A stretch of 61,319 bases of DNA. It comes from Candidatus Adlerbacteria bacterium. Its GTDB lineage: Bacteria; Patescibacteriota; Minisyncoccia; Phycocordibacterales; SBAW01. The stretch is taken from assembly GCA_028286785.1 (NCBI GenBank), contig JAQBQX010000007.1, positions 1 to 61,319 on the forward strand. The letters run 5' to 3'. This document shows positions 53,062-61,319 of this stretch, in pieces; positions within the stretch are counted from its first letter, which is position 1, and each line of letters starts with the position of its first letter. Both the position numbers and the translations under genes were made by a program. The notes under the pieces were generated by a model. That model saw only the letters and a list, made by a program, of their open reading frames with translations. It was not told the DNA's origin and did not search any database.

Positions 53062-53640
53062 ATGTTTTTTCATACATCCTCTGCTCGTCGCAACCGCGGA
53101 TTTACTCTTATCGAACTTCTAACCGTTATCGCTATTATCGGTATTTTGGCATCTATCGTTGTTGTTTCGCTTTCCACGGCGCGAGCAAAGGGTCGTGACG
53201 GCAAACGCATTGCCGACCTGCGCTCTATTCAGCTTGCAGTTGATCTCTACTACAACGACAATACCAAGTACCCTATCAACGTGTACGCTTCTTCTGGAGG
53301 TCTGACACCAAACTATATGGCAGTGGTGCCAACCGACCCAAGCCACTCTGGCATGTGTTCGAACGGACAGTATGGAACATCGGGCAACGAAGGCTGCTAT
53401 ATGTATTCTGCATCAAACGGTATTACTTCTGGAGGTGGAAACGGAGGTTGTGGCGTAAACACCCCTGCCATACGCTATCACCTCGGCACTACACTCGAAG
53501 ACAGTACTAACTCTGCGCTTACTCAAGACGTCGACCAGGGGGCAAATGCCATCCCAGGCGGAGGCACCATCACGCCCTGCAACCAATCTCCCTCCGATTT
53601 TGACGGCACCAGCGCGCTGGTCTACGACCTGACGAACTAA
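53062..53640 (+). CDS. type IV pilin (second)
   Basis: MFFHTSSARRNRGFTLIELLTVIAIIGILASIVVV. Start at 53062, 6 nt after a TATACT hexamer. Confidence 0.85.
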   Translation: MFFHTSSARRNRGFTLIELLTVIAIIGILASIVVVSLSTARAKGRDGKRIADLRSIQLAVDLYYNDNTKYPINVYASSGGLTPNYMAVVPTDPSHSGMCSNGQYGTSGNEGCYMYSASNGITSGGGNGGCGVNTPAIRYHLGTTLEDSTNSALTQDVDQGANAIPGGGTITPCNQSPSDFDGTSALVYDLTN

Positions 53641-54449
53641 TGGATCAAATTTCCGTACTCCTAGGTATTGGCGCAACACTGTTAGGTGTTGTTGTCGGAA
53701 GCTTCCTTAATGCCTTGTCGTTCCGGTGGGGAACGGGACGCTCTGTCATGCGTGGCCGCTCTAGGTGCATGCATTGCGGGCACACCCTTTCAGCGTTGGA
53801 CTTGGTGCCTTTTTTTTCGTATTTGTATTTGCGCGGACGTTGTCGCTACTGCCACGGGCGCGTTTCGATACAATATCCACTGGTTGAAGCACTCGGCGGG
53901 CTATTGGCACTTGGGGTCTATCTCAATAACCCAGCGCCGCTGTGGTTTGCGTACTGGTTTGCGGTATGGATGGTGCTGCTGTTCGTGGTGATCTACGACA
54001 CGCGGCATCTCATTATTCCGTGGTCATGCTCGATAGTGCTTATCGTGCTGGCCTTAGGCCGATTCATAGCCCTTTACTATACTGCGGCACCAATACCATG
54101 GATGGCATGGTGGGCGGGGCCGATACTCGCGCTCCCGCTGTTTCTTATTTCGCTTGTCTCGTGGGGTCGATGGATGGGATGGAGCGACTCCTTGCTCGAG
54201 ATTAGCCTCGGCTGGATGCTAGGGCTCACTGCCGGACTCACGGCATTTATGCTGGCGTTTTGGATGGGCGCTGGGGTAGCGATATCCGGGTTGTTAGTTA
54301 CCCGCATATGGAAACATCGGGCAACTCGTCTTACAATGAACAGTGAGATACCGCTCGCACCGTTCTTGATTCTTGGCGCGGCAGTAGTCTACTTCTTTCA
54401 TGTCGATATTTTTACAACATTGCCTCTCCTCTTTTCGGAAAACCTGTAA
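53640..54449 (+). CDS. pilD: prepilin peptidase (A24 family) PilD
   Basis: N-terminal CxxC...CxxC (CMHCGH...CRYCHG). Polytopic membrane protein with conserved Asp (YDTRHLIIP). Confidence 0.88.
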   Translation: MDQISVLLGIGATLLGVVVGSFLNALSFRWGTGRSVMRGRSRCMHCGHTLSALDLVPFFSYLYLRGRCRYCHGRVSIQYPLVEALGGLLALGVYLNNPAPLWFAYWFAVWMVLLFVVIYDTRHLIIPWSCSIVLIVLALGRFIALYYTAAPIPWMAWWAGPILALPLFLISLVSWGRWMGWSDSLLEISLGWMLGLTAGLTAFMLAFWMGAGVAISGLLVTRIWKHRATRLTMNSEIPLAPFLILGAAVVYFFHVDIFTTLPLLFSENL

Positions 54450-55071
54450 CCGAGGTTTTACCCTTGTAGAGCTCTTGGTGGTCATTGCCATCATGGGTTT
54501 TATTACTATGACAATGTTGATACGTCAGCAGCAATTCGACAGCTCGACATTGTTGCGTTCTTTGGCATACAGCGTAGCGCTGTCGGTGCGGCAGGCGCAA
54601 ACCTACGGAGTCTCAGTCAAGCTCTATGTGAACGGATCAACCACTTCATTTGCGCCAGCATACGGTGTGTATTTTTCTCCTAACCTATCTTGCGTTGGGG
54701 GTAGGGCAAACAGCTGCTATTTACTGTTTGCCGATGTGAATGGTGATGGACAGCGTGCCGACGATGCGTCAGAAGATATACAGGTCTTCAATATGGGCAA
54801 AGGTTTCTTTATCAAAGATTTTTGCGCAACAGGGCAGACCGTTGGTACCCAATGTTACAGCACTGGCTTGCAGTGGCTTGCTGTTACATTCCGCAGGCCA
54901 AATCCAGACGCATGTTTCAGCACTAGCGCGCAACCCATCACCTGCGTTCTTAATGCGACCCCGACCTATAGTTCAAGCGCATCTATACAGGTCACATCCC
55001 AGGGCGGGTCTACCCGTACAGTCGACATGTCTCCGACTGGTGAAATTAACGTCGGTACGTCAGGAACATAA
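54400..55071 (+). CDS. minor pilin/pseudopilin
   Basis: NRGFTLVELLVVIAIMGF class III signal. The leader is unusually long, so the start is uncertain. Confidence 0.7.
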   Translation: MSIFLQHCLSSFRKTCNRGFTLVELLVVIAIMGFITMTMLIRQQQFDSSTLLRSLAYSVALSVRQAQTYGVSVKLYVNGSTTSFAPAYGVYFSPNLSCVGGRANSCYLLFADVNGDGQRADDASEDIQVFNMGKGFFIKDFCATGQTVGTQCYSTGLQWLAVTFRRPNPDACFSTSAQPITCVLNATPTYSSSASIQVTSQGGSTRTVDMSPTGEINVGTSGT

Positions 55072-55077
55072 AATAAT

Positions 55078-55704
55078 ATGTATAAGCGAGGTTTTACATT
55101 GATTGAAATGATGGTGTCGGTCGCCATTTTTTCCATAGTGATGGTGGTGGCGCTCGGCGCCCTGCTTTCTATGTCTGTTGCGGCCCGCAAGGCCGAGACT
55201 CTTAAATCGGTTGTTAACAATCTCAACTTTTCCCTAGACAGCATGACCCGTTCGATCCGTACCGGGTATAACTATCAATGCGGCACAAGCGGCACTGGTG
55301 CTCCTCAGGATTGTACAGGCAGCAACGGTGAGCAGTATTTGGCATTTGTCGACAGTTCGGGTATGGGGGTTGCGTATTGTTATGATCCGACATCGAGACA
55401 AATCAGGCGGCAAAAAGCTGCATCCCTGAGCACCAACTGTTCTGACGCTGCAACTTTTTTGCCTATTACTTCGCCCGAGGTGCGCATAACCGACATGCGG
55501 TTTTATGTGATCGGTGCGTGCCGCTCTACATCAACTGCCGGGTGCACATCTGACACTATGCAGCCCAAAGTAACTATTATGGTGCATGGGTATGTGGTTG
55601 TAACCGGCGGTGCTCGGGACATGACAGAGTGCGGCACTCCCGGCAATACCTGTTCTGTGTTTAACCTCCAGACGAGCGTCACCCAACGTATTTATGACCA
55701 ATAA
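55078..55704 (+). CDS. minor pilin/pseudopilin
   Basis: MYKRGFTLIEMMVSVAIFSIVM. Confidence 0.75.
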   Translation: MYKRGFTLIEMMVSVAIFSIVMVVALGALLSMSVAARKAETLKSVVNNLNFSLDSMTRSIRTGYNYQCGTSGTGAPQDCTGSNGEQYLAFVDSSGMGVAYCYDPTSRQIRRQKAASLSTNCSDAATFLPITSPEVRITDMRFYVIGACRSTSTAGCTSDTMQPKVTIMVHGYVVVTGGARDMTECGTPGNTCSVFNLQTSVTQRIYDQ

Positions 55705-56284
55705 ACACCCACATACATCCGCCAAGCGCGGCTTTACATTGATGGAGACTTTGGTGGCGATTTTTATCGTTGTCATTGCTATTGCTGGACCTATCACTAT
55801 TGCGCAAAAAGGTTTGATTGCTGCCCTGGTCGCAAAAGACCAAGTCAACGCATTTTACTTAGCGCAAGACGCGGTTGAATATGTGCGCTTTGTCCGCGAC
55901 ACCAACCGACTTTCCTCGGCGCCGACGGGCTGGCTTGCAGGGCTCGATGGGACAGCAAACGGACATACTCTCACCCGCAGCGGTGCGACCCCCGGCTCAT
56001 GCGTGAGTTCCGATGGTTTGAGGCAATGCACCATCGACTCGCTGAAAGACTTTGTCGAAGCGTGCGACACCACGTGTCCGCGCCTTAATTATGACCCGAG
56101 CACGAACGGAGGGTACTATACCTATGAATCCGGAGGGCCTTCCTTGTATACCCGCACCATATCCATACAAACCGTCCCCAGCAATCCGCGCGAGGTGTCG
56201 CTAGTGGTCAAAGTAAGCTGGCAAGACACGGCAAACATCATACGCTCGGTTACCGTGCACGAAAACCTGCTCGATTGGCAATAA
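55694..56284 (+). CDS. minor pilin/pseudopilin
   Basis: SAKRGFTLMETLVAIFIVVIAI. Confidence 0.75.
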   Translation: MTNKHPHTSAKRGFTLMETLVAIFIVVIAIAGPITIAQKGLIAALVAKDQVNAFYLAQDAVEYVRFVRDTNRLSSAPTGWLAGLDGTANGHTLTRSGATPGSCVSSDGLRQCTIDSLKDFVEACDTTCPRLNYDPSTNGGYYTYESGGPSLYTRTISIQTVPSNPREVSLVVKVSWQDTANIIRSVTVHENLLDWQ

Positions 56285-56285
56285 T

Positions 56286-58906
<2,621 letters not shown>

Positions 58907-58920
58907 TGTAGTATTGCAGC

Positions 58921-59226
58921 ATGATCTCCCTACAAGACATTTTAGCCCTGGCAGGACTGGCTCGGGTCAAGATCACCAAAGCAGAAGCTGTCGGTCTGCA
59001 GAACGATTTTTCAACTATATTAGATTACGTGGGACAAGTGAATGCGGTGTCTTCCACAGTCGAAGCATCTGTTCCTGAACATCACAATGTGATGCGCGAA
59101 GACGTGCCGTATGCCGAGCGCGATATAGTCGCGATGGTGGGTCGCCGCGATGTGCTCGTACAGGCCTTTCCGGAAGAGAAGGACGGCTTTAATGTTGTAC
59201 GAAAGATAATCCAGAAAGACGAGTAA
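58921..59226 (+). CDS. gatC: Asp/Glu-tRNA amidotransferase subunit C
   Basis: About 100 aa, LARVKITKAEAVGLQNDFSTILDYVGQV, directly upstream of gatA. Confidence 0.85.
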   Translation: MISLQDILALAGLARVKITKAEAVGLQNDFSTILDYVGQVNAVSSTVEASVPEHHNVMREDVPYAERDIVAMVGRRDVLVQAFPEEKDGFNVVRKIIQKDE

Positions 59227-59228
59227 CT

Positions 59229-60653
59229 ATGATCGACCTTACGACCCTGACCATTGCTGAAGCGTCTGCAAAATTAGCCACGAAAGAATATTCGGCGGTC
59301 GGCTTGGCGCGTGCTTACAAAGATGCGATTAATGACAAGAACGCCGAGCTCAATGTGTACCTCGAGGTTTTTGATGATATTGAGGAGCAAGCTCTGGCAG
59401 CAGATGCACGCCGTGCACAGGATGAGAAAGACGGCAAAACAAGCCATCCTTTGCTTGGTATACCGCTTGCAATCAAAGACAACATATTGATTGAGGGCCG
59501 TCGCGCATCTGCTGCGTCAAAAATGCTCGAGAACTATACTGCCGCCTATGATGCGACAGCTATCCGCAAACTCAAGGAGGCGGGCGTGGTATTTTTAGGC
59601 CGCACCAACATGGACGAATTCGCGATGGGCGGCTCGACAGAAAACTCTGCATTTGGCCCAACTAAAAATCCGCATGACACGTCGCGCGTAGCGGGCGGCT
59701 CCTCCGGTGGCTCGGCTGCAGCAGTGGCAGCAAACTTGGCATTGGCAAGTTTGGGCAGCGACACTGGCGGCTCGATCCGTGAGCCAGCAAGCTTTTGCGG
59801 CATGGTCGGTCTCAAGCCAACCTATGGCGCAGTATCGCGCTCGGGACTAATGGCAATGGGTTCGAGCCTCGACCAAATAGGTCCCTTTGCAAAAAATGTG
59901 ACAGATGCGCAAATGTTGTTTGATGCAATTGCGGGACTTGATCCGCTTGATAGTACTTCTGTCGACCTGGCTACCTATACGACACAGCCACAAAATAAAA
60001 CCATCGGCGTGCCCCGTGATTTGCTCAAAGAAGGCGTTGATTCCGATGTGCTTGCCCAATTTGAACAAAGTCTCGATGCATTGCGCGCCCAGGGTTATAA
60101 AGTCGTAGATGTCTCTATCCCATCGGCATCACTCGCGCTTGCCGTGTACTACGTCATCATGCCCGCCGAAGTATCGAGTAACTTGGCGCGCTTTGACGGT
60201 GTCCGCTACGGTTTGTCAGTAAAGGGCGAGAACTTGATCGACGACTATGCGACAACCCGCGAAATTGGTTTTGGCCCCGAAGTACGCCGCCGCATCATGC
60301 TCGGGACCTATGTGCTTTCTTCGGGCTATTACGATGCATATTATGGCAAGGCAACCATTGCCCGCACGCAACTTGCGCGCGAGGTAGCCGCGGCGCTGGA
60401 TGGCATCGATGTCATTGCAACGCCAACTGCTCCTTGTCCGGCCACCCGGCTTGGAGAAAAGTCTGATCCGCTGGCAATGTACTTGCTCGACATCTTTACC
60501 GTAACTGCGAACCTTACCGGCAATCCCGCCATTTCTATACCTATGGGCACAGTTGATCGCGACGGTAACCAATTGCCAGTCGGACTGCAGTTGACTGCAG
60601 CACATGGTGCAGAAGCTACATTGTTTGAAGTGGCTAAAGCTTTCGAGCAGTAG
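59229..60653 (+). CDS. gatA: Asp/Glu-tRNA amidotransferase subunit A
   Basis: Amidase signature GGSSGGSAAAVAANLALASLGSDTGGSIREPASFCG. Confidence 0.95.
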   Translation: MIDLTTLTIAEASAKLATKEYSAVGLARAYKDAINDKNAELNVYLEVFDDIEEQALAADARRAQDEKDGKTSHPLLGIPLAIKDNILIEGRRASAASKMLENYTAAYDATAIRKLKEAGVVFLGRTNMDEFAMGGSTENSAFGPTKNPHDTSRVAGGSSGGSAAAVAANLALASLGSDTGGSIREPASFCGMVGLKPTYGAVSRSGLMAMGSSLDQIGPFAKNVTDAQMLFDAIAGLDPLDSTSVDLATYTTQPQNKTIGVPRDLLKEGVDSDVLAQFEQSLDALRAQGYKVVDVSIPSASLALAVYYVIMPAEVSSNLARFDGVRYGLSVKGENLIDDYATTREIGFGPEVRRRIMLGTYVLSSGYYDAYYGKATIARTQLAREVAAALDGIDVIATPTAPCPATRLGEKSDPLAMYLLDIFTVTANLTGNPAISIPMGTVDRDGNQLPVGLQLTAAHGAEATLFEVAKAFEQ

Positions 60654-60684
60654 TACTTCAAAACTTGTACTACAATAGAGGTAC

Positions 60685-61278
60685 ATGGACTCCACACCAT
60701 CGGTTAACCCTGAGTACATTTTTGCGCATGCAGTAGATTCGCTCCTGAAGATCCACTTCTTTGTCGATCTTTCTGCACATCATCTAACGAGTACGATATT
60801 TTTCTGGATGGAAACTATCGGTATTTTTGGCATGGTGTTGACTGTGCTGCTTGTGGTTCTTGTCGTGTATGTCCGCATCCGCACGCATCAGGTAGAGCAT
60901 GGGGGCTTCCATCACCTGGAGCATGAAGAACATGCCCGCCATGCGCACACAGAACATGTCGGAACCAACTCACGATGGGATACAGTCGTGGCACTAGTCA
61001 ATTCGCCAAATGATGGTGACTGGCGTCGTGCAATTTTGGAGGCTGATGTTATGCTTGCGCAGCTGCTGAGTGATCGCGGATATCCGGGGGACACTCTTGG
61101 CGAGCAGCTTAAGCATGCAAATCCGCTGCAATTTACGACTATCAACCTGGCGTGGGAGGCACACAAGATGCGCAACACGGTAGCGCACCTTGGCGAGGCC
61201 TTTCCTTTAACCGAGCGCGACGCAAAAGCGACCATAGAGCTCTACCGCAGAGTATTTGAAGAATTTGGGATACTGTAG
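60685..61278 (+). CDS. hypothetical membrane protein with His-rich linker
   Basis: TM helix GIFGMVLTVLLVVLVVYV, then HQVEHGGFHHLEHEEHARHAHTEH. The start could be the internal METIG. Confidence 0.45.
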   Translation: MDSTPSVNPEYIFAHAVDSLLKIHFFVDLSAHHLTSTIFFWMETIGIFGMVLTVLLVVLVVYVRIRTHQVEHGGFHHLEHEEHARHAHTEHVGTNSRWDTVVALVNSPNDGDWRRAILEADVMLAQLLSDRGYPGDTLGEQLKHANPLQFTTINLAWEAHKMRNTVAHLGEAFPLTERDAKATIELYRRVFEEFGIL

Positions 61279-61319
61279 TATAATATATGTCACATAGGAG
61301 TACGGGTAGTTTGGACCCT

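Overview
61.3-kb chromosomal window from a small-genome bacterium. The gene content and style suggest Patescibacteria/CPR, possibly Saccharibacteria-like: rplO-secY-adk-map, infC-rpmI-rplT, ssrA/smpB, ftsH, pyrBCD, recG, ligA, gatCA, a complete type IV pilus cluster, many orphan membrane or secreted proteins, and many apparently leaderless genes. This taxonomic call is inference from gene content only. Housekeeping genes alternate with accessory islands. The main finding is a self-contained 2.8-kb unit (3699-6489) between map and ndk. It has a promoter, 11 tandem structured RNA modules, a divergent IS110/Piv-like 423-aa ORF, 6 more modules and a terminator. All 17 modules share one scaffold: closing helix, 12-nt strand, small hairpin, 12-nt strand, closing helix. 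The helices covary, while the 34 loop strands are fixed in length and hypervariable (G-N10-T). This resembles IS110 bridge RNA/seekRNA binding loops expanded into an array. By eye, the protein appears to have substitutions at catalytic positions, which could mean an exapted RNA-guided function. Other notable items: a dispersed 23-bp box (TAAGGGMACACTTAYRTCYRGGA) upstream of small orphan genes; a cassette-like orphan-gene cluster around tRNA-Ser with duplicated promoters and terminators; an AT-rich restriction-modification island (two m5C methyltransferases, a nuclease-like ORF, Vsr); a rearranged region next to ssrA with 43-bp direct repeats and an inverted, interrupted copy of the ssrA 3' end; a candidate structured RNA at 7663-7838; and a tRNA-Ile with a UAU anticodon. 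All protein family calls come from motif recognition by eye. No database searches were run.
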